Under the pieces are notes generated by a model. That model was not told the origin of the DNA. It ran no database searches and was given only the letters and a program-made list of their open reading frames with translations. A DNA stretch of 64,000 nucleotides, from the NCBI GenBank assembly GCA_039805345.1, contig JBDLUL010000014.1, positions 3,401 to 67,400 of the forward strand, written 5' to 3'. Shown in pieces: positions 20,016-30,032 of this stretch. Origin of the DNA: Bacteroidota bacterium (GTDB taxonomy: Bacteria; Bacteroidota; Bacteroidia; Cytophagales; Spirosomataceae). Each line of letters starts with the position of its first letter. Position 1 is the stretch's first letter. The translations under genes and the position numbers were made by a program.

Positions 20016-23000
20016 TTAGAATCCTACTCTTAAACCAACATTGTATGATTTAGCGACAGGGAATGCACCTTCATCAATACCCATGTGTGTATCTTGATTA
20101 TCATTACCTGAAGTTCTCAAGTTGACATCGGGATCCAAACCTTTGTATTTTGTAAATGTGAACAAGTTTTGACCTTGTACATACACTTGGACAGAGTTCA
20201 ACTTAACAATCTTCAAGAAGCTTGCAGGTACATTATAGCTCAATTGGATATTCTTAATGCGCAAGTAAGAACCATCTTCTACGAAATAGGTAGAAATTTG
20301 CTGACTTGTACCATCTTGCGAATTCAAGCGCGGTAACAAGGCATTATCTCCTTGTTTCTTCCAAGAGTTGTATAACATGTCTTTTGAACGGTTACCTTGG
20401 AATGTATTAAAGTCGGTCCAGTATTTTTGGTAGTTGAACAACTCATTTCCTTGAACCCCTTGTGCAAATACGGTCAAATCCCAGTTCTTGTACCCAAGAT
20501 TTAAATTCACTCCATAGGTAAAGTCAGGGTGTGGATTTCCGATAATTGTTTTGTCAGCAGCTGTGATTACACCATCGCCGTTTACATCTCTAAATTTGAA
20601 AACACCTGCACGTGTGTAAGTGCCAAATTTTGGTGCCGCCGCAGCTTCTGCATCATCCTTGATAACTCCATCAATGATATAACCGAAGAAACTAGCGATT
20701 GGTAATCCTGCCCTCGTAACAGAAATAGCAGGTAGACGTGTGGAGAATCCAAATACAGATGCTTTCGGGTCATCATTCAGTTTTACAACTTCATTTTTGT
20801 ATTGTGAGATTTGACCTGAAATGGTGTAACGGAAATCACCGATACGATCACGGTAAGTTACATTTAAGTCTACCCCTGTATTGTTTACTTCACCAATGTT
20901 CACATAAGGAATTGATGCAGAACCTGCAGTTTTTGGAATAGGTACTTGCGTCAACATATCGGATGTTGTACGTGTATACCAATCCAAATTAACATCTAAC
21001 TTGTTATTCCAGAAACTAGCATCTATACCAATGTTCGTTGATGTATTCGTTTCCCAGCGACCACCCGTGTTACCGAATTGAGAGATGTCAAAACCCGTCG
21101 CAATGGAGTTTCCTGAACCTGAAATGTCATACGCGTTGTTGTTTGGATCTGGTACAAATAAAGTATATGCGTTATATACGTTTGGAATCAATTGATTACC
21201 TGTTTTACCCCAGCCACCACGAACTTTAAATTCGTTGATGAATGTCAAATCCTTCATAAATGCTAATTCCGTTAAACGGGCACCCAAAGAGAATGCAGGG
21301 AAAATACCATATCGGTAATTAGATGCGAAACGTGATGAACCATCACGACGTAACGTAAAGTCTGCTAACAATAATTCTTTGTAAGAATAGTTAACTTTTC
21401 CGAATTGAGAGAACAATGCGGTGATTGTTGCGCCGGATCCAGCATTTGACAAACCAGCCGCTGAACCGTTATTCAAATACCGGTAAGATAAATCATCAAA
21501 TGCAAAATTTGAACGTGCCGCATTAAATCCAAACGCATAGGTAGAAACGGCTTCTGTACCCACTAAAACATTAACCGTATGGTCACCTAACGTTTTATTG
21601 TAGTTCAAGGTATTATACCATGTTACTGCACGGTCATAGCTATTTGAAACCGTTAAGCTGTTTGCATTTCGTGCCTCAGCTGCCTCAATGTCACGGTTTA
21701 AATATGCCGACTGGTTAAAGTTATTGTATTCAAAGCCTAGGCTTGTACGCGCCTTTAGATCTTTGATGATTTCTAATTCAGTAAATACATTACCAAAGAT
21801 GTGTGTTGCTTTAATTGGATTATCGCGTTCTCTCCATTGACGAGCCAATGGGTTAGGTGCATTACCTAGATTGGAACCACGAGAGCCTGCAAAACCATTC
21901 AAGTTGGAAGAGTTCGTTCCTCCTAAAGCCGTCGGGCCCCCTGTAATGTCAAATACTGGAATGATCGGCTGAATACGAATCGCAAAAGATATAGGGTTAG
22001 ACTCGTTGTTGTTACCTGAAGGAACGCCTGTACGCTCATCGTATGAAACGGTAAAGTTTTCACCAAAGGTCAATTTGCCTTTTTTGAATTCAGTATTCGC
22101 ACGAACTGAATAACGCTTGTATCCCGTATATTTCAAAATACCTTCTTGGTCAAAATAACTAGCTGAAATCGCATATTTGCCATTTTTAGATCCGCCAGTT
22201 GCACCTAATTGGTAGTTAGAGATTTTGGCAGGTCCGAAAATTTCATTTTGCCAATCAGTACCCGCTTTGTTGGCCTTCGTAATATTGAATGCCGTTTTTC
22301 CTAAGTTAGGATCTGTGATATCATTCGTATAGGTATAGTTAGCTGGAAGTGCACCATATACGTTTGGATAAATGTAATCCGCTATGGTTTGTGTTCCATC
22401 CGCGCCAAAACGGTATTGTGCTGAAGGAGATGTTCCTGCTGGTTTTCCTGCACCGATTTCTGATTCGTAGTAATACTGGCCCAATTCTTTTGTGTTCAAC
22501 AAATCCAATGTCTTACTAACCGTTTGAGTACCTGTATACATGTCGAAGTTGATTTTAGGCTCACCTTCGCCACCACGTTTTGTTGTGATGATCACAACCC
22601 CATTGGCAGCACGCGCACCGTAGATAGATGCAGCGGAGGCATCTTTCAATACTTGCATCGACTCAATGTCTGCAGGGTTGATTTGATTTAAGGTACCTTG
22701 GGTCGGTACACCATCAATAACATACAGTGGGGAGTTGTTGTTGATCGATCCAAAACCACGGATACGAACCATTGTTCCTCCACCTGGCGAGTTGTCATTT
22801 CCAACAGTCACACCGGACGCACGTCCTTGTAACATTTGCGTTAAACTCGCTGAAGGTACTGCAGTTAATTCTTTGGCGCCCACAACCGTTACTGCTCCCG
22901 TAATATCCTTTTTACGTTGGGATGAGTAACCTGTTACAACGACCTCGTTCAACTGACTTACATCTTCGTCCAGGTTCACCGTAATACTCGAGCGGTTGCC

Positions 23001-23270
23001 TACGGCCACGTTTTTAGTCACGTAACCTACGGATGAAATTACTAATTCTGCGTTGCCGCTTTTTACATTAATGGAGAAAGCTCCATTTCCATCTGTTGTC
23101 GTACCCGTTGTGGTACCCTTGATTGCAACAGAAACACCAGGTATCCCTCCGCCCTTGGCGTCTTGGATGCTACCTGTCACTTTTCGGTCTTGACCAAAAG
23201 CCACCCATGAGAGGGTTAACATAAAGGCCATCAGAAAGACCACTCTGCTTACGTAGAAATTGTTTTTCAT
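20016..23270 (-). CDS. SusC/RagA TonB-dependent transporter (start set at MKNNF, 23270)
   Basis: EVVVTGY, PLYVIDG, LKDASAASIYGARAANGVVIITTK, C-terminal F. The ORF track's upstream TTG lies beyond the predicted -7 element. Confidence 0.95.
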   Translation of the reverse strand: MKNNFYVSRVVFLMAFMLTLSWVAFGQDRKVTGSIQDAKGGGIPGVSVAIKGTTTGTTTDGNGAFSINVKSGNAELVISSVGYVTKNVAVGNRSSITVNLDEDVSQLNEVVVTGYSSQRKKDITGAVTVVGAKELTAVPSASLTQMLQGRASGVTVGNDNSPGGGTMVRIRGFGSINNNSPLYVIDGVPTQGTLNQINPADIESMQVLKDASAASIYGARAANGVVIITTKRGGEGEPKINFDMYTGTQTVSKTLDLLNTKELGQYYYESEIGAGKPAGTSPSAQYRFGADGTQTIADYIYPNVYGALPANYTYTNDITDPNLGKTAFNITKANKAGTDWQNEIFGPAKISNYQLGATGGSKNGKYAISASYFDQEGILKYTGYKRYSVRANTEFKKGKLTFGENFTVSYDERTGVPSGNNNESNPISFAIRIQPIIPVFDITGGPTALGGTNSSNLNGFAGSRGSNLGNAPNPLARQWRERDNPIKATHIFGNVFTELEIIKDLKARTSLGFEYNNFNQSAYLNRDIEAAEARNANSLTVSNSYDRAVTWYNTLNYNKTLGDHTVNVLVGTEAVSTYAFGFNAARSNFAFDDLSYRYLNNGSAAGLSNAGSGATITALFSQFGKVNYSYKELLLADFTLRRDGSSRFASNYRYGIFPAFSLGARLTELAFMKDLTFINEFKVRGGWGKTGNQLIPNVYNAYTLFVPDPNNNAYDISGSGNSIATGFDISQFGNTGGRWETNTSTNIGIDASFWNNKLDVNLDWYTRTTSDMLTQVPIPKTAGSASIPYVNIGEVNNTGVDLNVTYRDRIGDFRYTISGQISQYKNEVVKLNDDPKASVFGFSTRLPAISVTRAGLPIASFFGYIIDGVIKDDAEAAAAPKFGTYTRAGVFKFRDVNGDGVITAADKTIIGNPHPDFTYGVNLNLGYKNWDLTVFAQGVQGNELFNYQKYWTDFNTFQGNRSKDMLYNSWKKQGDNALLPRLNSQDGTSQQISTYFVEDGSYLRIKNIQLSYNVPASFLKIVKLNSVQVYVQGQNLFTFTKYKGLDPDVNLRTSGNDNQDTHMGIDEGAFPVAKSYNVGLRVGF

Positions 23271-23503
23271 AAAATATAAGGTTTGAGTGATAGTGGACAA
23301 ATTTAAATTTGCCAACTTATTTCTGCCAATATATAAAACAAACTAATCCGTGCTACACTGTTTTGTGAATATTTTAATAAAAAATATAAAAATTATCAAA
23401 TGGTCATAATTTCTTAACGATGAGCTAATTAGGCCTTACAACATAGGTAAATATCCAAGCTTTGCGTACCTTTGTCTTTTGCATTTATTATAAAGAATAG
23501 AAT

Positions 23504-24076
23504 ATGTTAAACTTGGTTTTATTTGGCCCTCCAGGTGCCGGCAAAGGAACTCAATCCGCAAAATTGATTGAGCAATATGGATTAATTCACTTGTCTACGG
23601 GTGATTTGTTGCGTGCAGAAATTTCTGCAGGAACAACCTTAGGTTTGGAAGCGAAGAAATTAATGGATCAAGGAATTTTAGTTCCCGATGCCGTTGTCAT
23701 TGGAATGATTGATAATAAGTTGAACGAAAATAAATCTGCTGCAGGTTTTATCTTCGATGGTTTTCCTCGTACAGTTGCTCAAGCAGCGGCATTGGACAAC
23801 TTATTAGCTCAACATGATGTCAGTATCCAACAAATGATTGCCTTAGAGGTGGAAGAAGAAGAGTTGACGCAGCGACTTTTATCAAGAGGTAAAACATCTG
23901 GTAGACCAGATGATCAAAACGAAGATTTAATTCGTAAGCGCGTGCAAGAATATACAGAGAAAACGGCACCTGTTGCAGATTTTTATGCCCAACAAGGGAA
24001 ATTTACGGGTATCAATGGGGTAGGTGAAATAGAAGATATTTATACCCAAATCGTTTCGATTGTTGAAAAGAAGTAA
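23504..24076 (+). CDS. adk: Adenylate kinase
   Basis: GPPGAGKGTQ, STGDLLR, FDGFPRT; TACCTTTG promoter element at 23467-23474. Confidence 0.98.
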   Translation: MLNLVLFGPPGAGKGTQSAKLIEQYGLIHLSTGDLLRAEISAGTTLGLEAKKLMDQGILVPDAVVIGMIDNKLNENKSAAGFIFDGFPRTVAQAAALDNLLAQHDVSIQQMIALEVEEEELTQRLLSRGKTSGRPDDQNEDLIRKRVQEYTEKTAPVADFYAQQGKFTGINGVGEIEDIYTQIVSIVEKK

Positions 24077-24177
24077 GAGTTAAGAGGGGGGTGATATCAC
24101 ACTGGACTAGCGACGCTTTTTCTTATTCTCACAACTCAAAAAAGATTTGCTAGCGAGTAGCGATTAATGACTAAAAT

Positions 24178-25257
24178 ATGACATCAAATTTCATCGATTA
24201 CGTTAAAATTAACTTGCGTTCAGGACGTGGAGGAAGTGGATCTTCTCACTTTAGAAGAGAAAAACACGTTCCAAAAGGCGGACCGGATGGCGGTGATGGC
24301 GGTCGGGGAGGACATGTCTACATTGTAGGAAATAGTCAGCACTGGACGCTTCTTCACTTAAAATTTCAGAAACACATCATTGCCGATAATGGTAAAGGTG
24401 GAGAAGGCGGTCGCCGTTCTGGTTTGGAAGGGGAAGATATTTTCATTGAAGTTCCTTTAGGAACTATCGTAAAGGATGCAGAAACCAATGAGTTTCTAGC
24501 CGAAGTGACTGAAGAAGGTCAAAAAGTTTTGTTACTTCCAGGTGGCCGAGGAGGTTTGGGAAATACACACTTTAAGTCTTCCACAAATCAATCACCACGT
24601 CATGCACAACCCGGTGAAGCGGGTTTAGAACGCTGGGTTGTTATGGAATTGAAAGTTCTTGCGGATGTCGGTTTAGTTGGATTTCCGAATGCAGGAAAAT
24701 CAACCTTGTTGTCTGTACTTTCAGCCGCTAAACCCGAAATTGCCGACTATCCTTTTACAACCTTGGTTCCTAATCTTGGTGTTGTCGCTTACCGTGATTA
24801 TAAATCCTTTGTTGTTGCGGATATTCCGGGGATTATTGAAGGGGCAGCGGAAGGAAAAGGGCTTGGTTTACGCTTTTTACGCCACATTGAGCGAAATTCA
24901 ATTCTCTGTTTTTTGATTCCATCCGATGCCGAAAACTGGGGTGATGAATATCAAATCTTGGTAGGTGAATTAGAGAAATACAACCCTGAATTATTACATA
25001 AACGTCGCGTACTCGTTGTTTCAAAAATGGATTTATCTATCCCTGAAATGGAAGAGGAAATGCGCGAAAGCCTACCAAAAGACCTACCTCTCGTCTTCAT
25101 TTCTTCCGTAACCAATACGGGTATTCAAGAATTGAAAGATTTGCTATGGGAAACGTTGCAGGAAGAGAATAAAGATGTCGCCAAACAAGTGGAAAGTTCC
25201 ATTGAAATTCTTCCAGCAGCGCAAGTCGTTACGGATCCTCAAGAGGAAATAGAATAA
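24178..25257 (+). CDS. obgE: GTPase ObgE/CgtA
   Basis: [30 protein letters not shown]. Confidence 0.98.
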   Translation: MTSNFIDYVKINLRSGRGGSGSSHFRREKHVPKGGPDGGDGGRGGHVYIVGNSQHWTLLHLKFQKHIIADNGKGGEGGRRSGLEGEDIFIEVPLGTIVKDAETNEFLAEVTEEGQKVLLLPGGRGGLGNTHFKSSTNQSPRHAQPGEAGLERWVVMELKVLADVGLVGFPNAGKSTLLSVLSAAKPEIADYPFTTLVPNLGVVAYRDYKSFVVADIPGIIEGAAEGKGLGLRFLRHIERNSILCFLIPSDAENWGDEYQILVGELEKYNPELLHKRRVLVVSKMDLSIPEMEEEMRESLPKDLPLVFISSVTNTGIQELKDLLWETLQEENKDVAKQVESSIEILPAAQVVTDPQEEIE

Positions 25258-25275
25258 ATAATTCGTTTATTTAAT

Positions 25276-25307
25276 AAAAAAGGTCGCCCTTGGGACGACC
25301 TTTTTTT
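25276..25307. terminator. Bidirectional terminator between obgE and rfbD
   Basis: AAAAAAGGTCG...CGACCTTTTTTT inverted repeat between convergent genes. Confidence 0.8.
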
Positions 25308-26208
25308 ATGCTATCTGTGTTGCCATTAGGGCAATCCCTTCATTAAAGGTTCTTGGCTTGTATCCCAACACCGTTTTGGCTTTTGTAAGAATAAATCCCG
25401 TTCTCGGTGGTCTTTTAGCTGGTTGGGAAAAGGTGGAAGAATCAGCAGGCTTGATTAATTCTTTAGGTAGATGATAAAATTCTGCCGTTTTAATGGCCAT
25501 TTCATAGGGAGTTAATAATTCTTCTCCTGATATGTTAAAAATTCCTTCTGCTTCTTTTTGTGCAATAAGCCAGCATCCAATGGCGAGATCTTCTGCCAGG
25601 GTAGGTGTTCTAAATTGGTCCGTAACCACATTGATTTCTTTGCCTTCCTCCAAAGACTTTTTCACCCATAAAATAATATTCGTGCGACTCATATCAGGTA
25701 CGATACCAAATACCAAGACGGTACGTGCGATGGCCCAGCGTATCGAGGAGGCTTGAATGATTTGTTCAGCTTTTAATTTACTTTCGCCATACACCGAAAT
25801 GGGGTTCGGTACAGCATCTTCATCGTAAGGTCCCGCTTCGCCATCAAAAATAAAATCAGTTGACAGATGGCAAAGAAAACTTTGGTGTTTGGTACATGCT
25901 GCCACAATGTATTCGACGGCCTTAACATTCAAGGCTTCACATCCGTTTAAGTCACTTTCACAGGTGTCGACGTTCGTCATGGCTGCTGTGTGAATAACAA
26001 TTTGCGGTTTATGCCGGGTGAATACGATTTCCACGGCTTCTGGGTCTGTGATGTCGAGTGATTGATAGGTGTACCCCGTTTGATTAGGTAAACGGTTTTC
26101 ACCACGTGCAGTCGCAATCAAATTAACACCAGACTCTTTGCTGAGTAGGTCGACTAACTTTTGTCCTAGTAGGCCATTCGATCCTGTGATGAGAATGGTT
26201 TTTTTCAT
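25306..26208 (-). CDS. rfbD: dTDP-4-dehydrorhamnose reductase family SDR
   Basis: GSNGLLG, AAMTNVD, STDFIFDG, YGESK, DQFRTPT. Confidence 0.85.
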   Translation of the reverse strand: MKKTILITGSNGLLGQKLVDLLSKESGVNLIATARGENRLPNQTGYTYQSLDITDPEAVEIVFTRHKPQIVIHTAAMTNVDTCESDLNGCEALNVKAVEYIVAACTKHQSFLCHLSTDFIFDGEAGPYDEDAVPNPISVYGESKLKAEQIIQASSIRWAIARTVLVFGIVPDMSRTNIILWVKKSLEEGKEINVVTDQFRTPTLAEDLAIGCWLIAQKEAEGIFNISGEELLTPYEMAIKTAEFYHLPKELIKPADSSTFSQPAKRPPRTGFILTKAKTVLGYKPRTFNEGIALMATQIA

Positions 26209-27146
26209 GATGCTAATTGTTTCCTAATTTCTTGTAATAACGTTTGCGCACCCTGTGCAATTAAATCTTGCGCTACTGCCATACCTAATATTTCAGGATC
26301 TGTTCCGATACCCGTGGCTTTGAGCTCAACTTCACCCTTAAGTCCAAGTACACCTGCATATAGATGTAATCCGTCTGCATGCTGTTTAGCATGGCCAAAT
26401 ACGGGCACGCTGCATCCTCCATCCAATTGCGCTAATAAGTGTCTTTCAGCGAGTAAACAGGCCTCCGTGGGTTCATCATTGCAAAGCTGACGTATGGCAG
26501 ATGCCAACGCAGGATCCAATTGACTTGAACTTTGAATCGCAACGGAACCTTGGCCCACAGCTGGAGTAAATGTATCGATGGGTAAATGTTCAACGATGTA
26601 CGATTCCATACCCATGCGGTGCACGCCAGCATAGGCCAAAATCATGGCGTCACACGCCCCACTTTTTAATTTTTCTAATCGAGTCTGAAGATTTCCACGC
26701 ATCTCGACCAAGGTGTGTTGGGGAAATTCTTTTGCCAACATGGCGCGTCGGCGGGTACTCGAAGTTCCAATGATAGCACCTTTTGTTGCGGCTAAACGAA
26801 AATCTGGATTTAAACTTAAAACAACATCATGTGCAGCCTCGCGCTTCGTGAAGGCGATTAAGGGTAAATCTACAGCCAATGTAGATGGCAGATCTTTTGC
26901 TGAATGTTGTGCGATATCAATCTCTCCATTCCGAAGCATGGTCTCCAACTCTTCTGTGAAAACACCTTTTGCGCCAATTTTCGATAGGGATCGGTCAAGG
27001 ATTTTATCTCCAATGGTGACGATATCAATGATTTCAATGGTATACCCTGCGGCCCCCAACAAGCTCGCGATGTGCCTTGCTTGCCACATGGCAAGCGCAG
27101 AATTACGCGTCCCGATTCGAATGAGTTTATTTGTTGGCATTAGCAA
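26205..27146 (-). CDS. hemC: Hydroxymethylbilane synthase
   Basis: IGTRNSALAMWQA, HSAKD, GTSSTRR, RGNLQTRL, GGCSVP. Confidence 0.97.
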   Translation of the reverse strand: MLMPTNKLIRIGTRNSALAMWQARHIASLLGAAGYTIEIIDIVTIGDKILDRSLSKIGAKGVFTEELETMLRNGEIDIAQHSAKDLPSTLAVDLPLIAFTKREAAHDVVLSLNPDFRLAATKGAIIGTSSTRRRAMLAKEFPQHTLVEMRGNLQTRLEKLKSGACDAMILAYAGVHRMGMESYIVEHLPIDTFTPAVGQGSVAIQSSSQLDPALASAIRQLCNDEPTEACLLAERHLLAQLDGGCSVPVFGHAKQHADGLHLYAGVLGLKGEVELKATGIGTDPEILGMAVAQDLIAQGAQTLLQEIRKQLAS

Positions 27147-28254
27147 TTCGAATTATTTGTAAAGATAAATCCAAGTGAATCATTTTAGCTCGACCATTTC
27201 TTTCTAGCTGATAGTGTGCGGTAGAGACTTTTTCGCTTATTTTTTCAATGGATTGGCGATTTAAGGTTTTGGAAAAATTCGTAATAAAAGCTTTCTCTTT
27301 TTCCAAGGCCTTAATCAGTGTTGGTGCATCCGAAATTTGATACAAACACTGTCTAAAAATATGCAATGCGTACTCTAATAGGATTTTTTGGTCTTCTTTA
27401 GCTAAGCTGTCAAATTGGTCGGCAAGGCCAACTAATTTGCTTAAATTCTTCTGATAAACAGCGCGCATCCAGTCGGCAAACCACGTAGAAGTGCTTAGGT
27501 TTTCCGACTTAGCTTTTTCGAGTGCCCAGGCAATATTTCCTTCACAACTGATGGCTAAATTTTGCGCATTTTCAAGGTTTGTACCTGTTTCTTTCACAAG
27601 AAAATCCGCCAGTGAAGCTTCGTCCACTGCTTGGATTGCAATGCGTTGCGTTCTTGACAAGATGGTGGTCAAAAGCTTTTGAGCATCTGCACAAACAAGC
27701 AAAAATAACGTGTCACTTGGAGGCTCTTCTAGTGTTTTGAGGAGGGCATTGCCTGAAGATAAATTCAATGATTCAGGGTTCCAGATAATAACGACTTTAA
27801 ATGGCGCTTCGAATGGTTTTAGGCTTATTTTGCCCAGCAGTTTTCGCGTTTCCTCGACGGGAATATTTCCTTGTTTATTTCCTTCGGCACCCATGGCTGC
27901 AAGCCATTCCGGCAGTACTCTGAATAAGCCTCCTGTGATGAATGTACGCCATTCGGGTAAAAAGGCATCAGATTCTGCCTCCTTGATCTTCTTGGTGGTA
28001 ACACTTGGGAACAGGTAAACAATATCTGGATGAATGCCTTTATGTACTTTCTGGCAACTGGGACATGATCCACAAGCATCGTCGCCTTGTCGGTTTGTAC
28101 AAAACAAAAATGAGGTGAATGCCATTGCCATGGCTAACTGTGCACCGCCCGTAGGGCCATGAAATAATTGGGCATGCGCAATATGTTCGTTGAGAACAGA
28201 TTGGCTCAATTGCTTCTTGGTTTGTTGTAATCCGGGGATGTCTTGAAAGCGCAT
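27127..28254 (-). CDS. holB: DNA polymerase III delta' subunit
   Basis: HAQLFHG, CGSCPSC, HPD, NALLKTLEEPP, TILSRTQ. Confidence 0.92.
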   Translation of the reverse strand: MRFQDIPGLQQTKKQLSQSVLNEHIAHAQLFHGPTGGAQLAMAMAFTSFLFCTNRQGDDACGSCPSCQKVHKGIHPDIVYLFPSVTTKKIKEAESDAFLPEWRTFITGGLFRVLPEWLAAMGAEGNKQGNIPVEETRKLLGKISLKPFEAPFKVVIIWNPESLNLSSGNALLKTLEEPPSDTLFLLVCADAQKLLTTILSRTQRIAIQAVDEASLADFLVKETGTNLENAQNLAISCEGNIAWALEKAKSENLSTSTWFADWMRAVYQKNLSKLVGLADQFDSLAKEDQKILLEYALHIFRQCLYQISDAPTLIKALEKEKAFITNFSKTLNRQSIEKISEKVSTAHYQLERNGRAKMIHLDLSLQIIRIANANK

Positions 28255-28279
28255 GCGGTTTCCCTAATAAATGAATAGG

Positions 28280-29392
28280 CTAATTTCGGGCATTTGCTTC
28301 CTCTTTCCAAATTTGTTCGATGATGCTGGGCAGATTTTCAGGGATTTCTTGCTTTTTGGCGCGGATCCATGCCGCTGCGTTTTCTGCCGCACGATCCTTT
28401 CGATACGCTGAGAACTGCGGGAATTCGCCCCAAGTCAACGATGGAATAAATTTTGGTAAAAATTGACTGCCACTGATGTTGCAATGATTGCCCACTACGG
28501 TTCCTGTATTGAATTTGGTATGAATTCCGGTGCTGACATAGTCGCCCATTAAAATTCCAAATGAGGCGCAATGGGTGTCACGATATTCATTCGTGCTAAA
28601 ATCGTATAGCAAGACATTTTTCAGGTCATTGCGCACATTCGAGCAAGTAGTAAGTGCACCTAGATTACAGAATGATCCAATAATCGAATTGCCTATGAAT
28701 CCCTCATGGGATTTATTACTGTAGGGGAAGAAAAGACTTGCGCTGATTTCACCACCAACCTTGCAGCCAGGTCCTATCGTTGTTAGTGGCCTGATTTTGG
28801 TGCCCAAATTGGTTATACTTCCGTCCAGGATTGCCGCGGGGCCTTGAACGCAGGTTCCAATTTGGAGATTTACATGTGCGCCAATATAAATAGGTCCGTG
28901 ACTTGCATCCAGGATCGTGCCATTCAGTTGTGCGCTCGGATCGATGTAACAATTCTGAGGATGAATAATGGTCGTTCCGTGGGTTGTATAGCGTGTAGGA
29001 TCAACGTTATTCGGTTCAATGTCCGTATGTAGCGCTTGTTGGTTGGCCGCTAACAAATCTTCGGGATACGTAATGTAAACGGGTTGATCCTGCAGGTATT
29101 GGATATGGGTGTGGTTTGAGCCTGGAGCGGCTGCCCGGTAGGCGATCCATTGTTTATTCCAATACAGGGCTGTTTCCTCCGGTAGTTCGAGGAGACTGTT
29201 CATGATCGATGGATTGGGAAGTAAGGATCCAAGGATATAGGTGTCTGCGGGGATATCTTTCTGGTATGGCATCCATTTAGCTTCAATTGTTTGTAGACCC
29301 ACCCAAAGTTCGCGCAGTTTACGTGTGTACGTAAGGGGTCTTAATTGAAGGCAAATCTGCCCATCATCTAGTAATCGTTCAGTGTTCCACAT
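28280..29392 (-). CDS. GlmU-related putative sugar nucleotidyltransferase with hexapeptide (LbH) domain (start set at 29392)
   Basis: PLTYTR, GPIYIG, TTIGPGCKVGGEI, NKSHEGFIGNSIIGSFCNLGA; the ORF's upstream extension runs through the rpmE2 terminator. Confidence 0.8.
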   Translation of the reverse strand: MWNTERLLDDGQICLQLRPLTYTRKLRELWVGLQTIEAKWMPYQKDIPADTYILGSLLPNPSIMNSLLELPEETALYWNKQWIAYRAAAPGSNHTHIQYLQDQPVYITYPEDLLAANQQALHTDIEPNNVDPTRYTTHGTTIIHPQNCYIDPSAQLNGTILDASHGPIYIGAHVNLQIGTCVQGPAAILDGSITNLGTKIRPLTTIGPGCKVGGEISASLFFPYSNKSHEGFIGNSIIGSFCNLGALTTCSNVRNDLKNVLLYDFSTNEYRDTHCASFGILMGDYVSTGIHTKFNTGTVVGNHCNISGSQFLPKFIPSLTWGEFPQFSAYRKDRAAENAAAWIRAKKQEIPENLPSIIEQIWKEEANARN

Positions 29393-29407
29393 GTTGCAAA
29401 TAAACGG

Positions 29408-29445
29408 AAAAAGCCCCAACATGGGATCATGTAGAGGCTTTTTTT
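29408..29445 (-). terminator. Intrinsic terminator after rpmE2
   Basis: Minus strand AAAAAAAGCCTCTACATG-atcc-CATGTTGGGGCTTTTT. Confidence 0.75.
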
Positions 29446-29462
29446 GTATACTAAAAAGAATA

Positions 29463-29705
29463 CTAGTTCTTCGCGTAACGCTTGTTGAATTTATCAACAC
29501 GACCCGTAGTATCTAACAATACATTTTTACCTGTGTAGAATGGGTGTGATTGAGAAGAAACCTCTAGTTTGTAAACTGGGTAAGTTGCTCCTTCGAATTC
29601 AGTTGTTTCTGTTGTTTGAACGCAAGAACGTGTTAAGAATTTGTAATCAGCTGATAAATCGTGAAATACAACTTCTTTGTATTCTGGGTGGATATCTTTT
29701 TTCAT
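29463..29705 (-). CDS. rpmE2: 50S ribosomal protein L31 type B
   Basis: MKKDIHPEY...VVFHD...[10 protein letters not shown]...[10 protein letters not shown]; no Zn-ribbon CxxC pairs. Confidence 0.97.
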   Translation of the reverse strand: MKKDIHPEYKEVVFHDLSADYKFLTRSCVQTTETTEFEGATYPVYKLEVSSQSHPFYTGKNVLLDTTGRVDKFNKRYAKN

Positions 29706-29996
29706 GGTGTTTGTATAATGACGATTCCCTGCCGTCTATTTAACATTAATTGGAAATCCCTGGGAATGGACTTCATTTATTTGGGTTGCAAAATTAATTA
29801 TTATCTACATAAATACAAATCATGCGCGTATATAATTTTTAATTAAATCAAAGCCCAAATACCTTGAAAAAAAAATTCAAAAATATTTTATGGTACTTTT
29901 CCAAGACAGATACTGCCATTGGATTTTCCTATGGCGCTATGTCATAGTGTATTTTAAATATGCAATTATTTTCATCTATTTTAGCTTGAAAAAATG

Positions 29997-30028
29997 TTTG
30001 CACGGCCCCTCATTTTTTTCTAATTTTA
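29997..30028 (+). promoter_or_regulatory. Predicted nrdA promoter
   Basis: TTTG (29997-30000), 20-nt spacer, TAATTTTA (30021-30028; one mismatch to TAxxTTTG). Confidence 0.55.
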
Positions 30029-30032
30029 CATA

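Noticed and set aside
29934-29950. GCGCTATGTCATAGTGT resembles an NrdR box
   Set aside because: It is one base too long for the 16-bp consensus, has no tandem partner at the usual spacing, and NrdR is reported absent from this phylum. Kept only as an unassigned palindrome.
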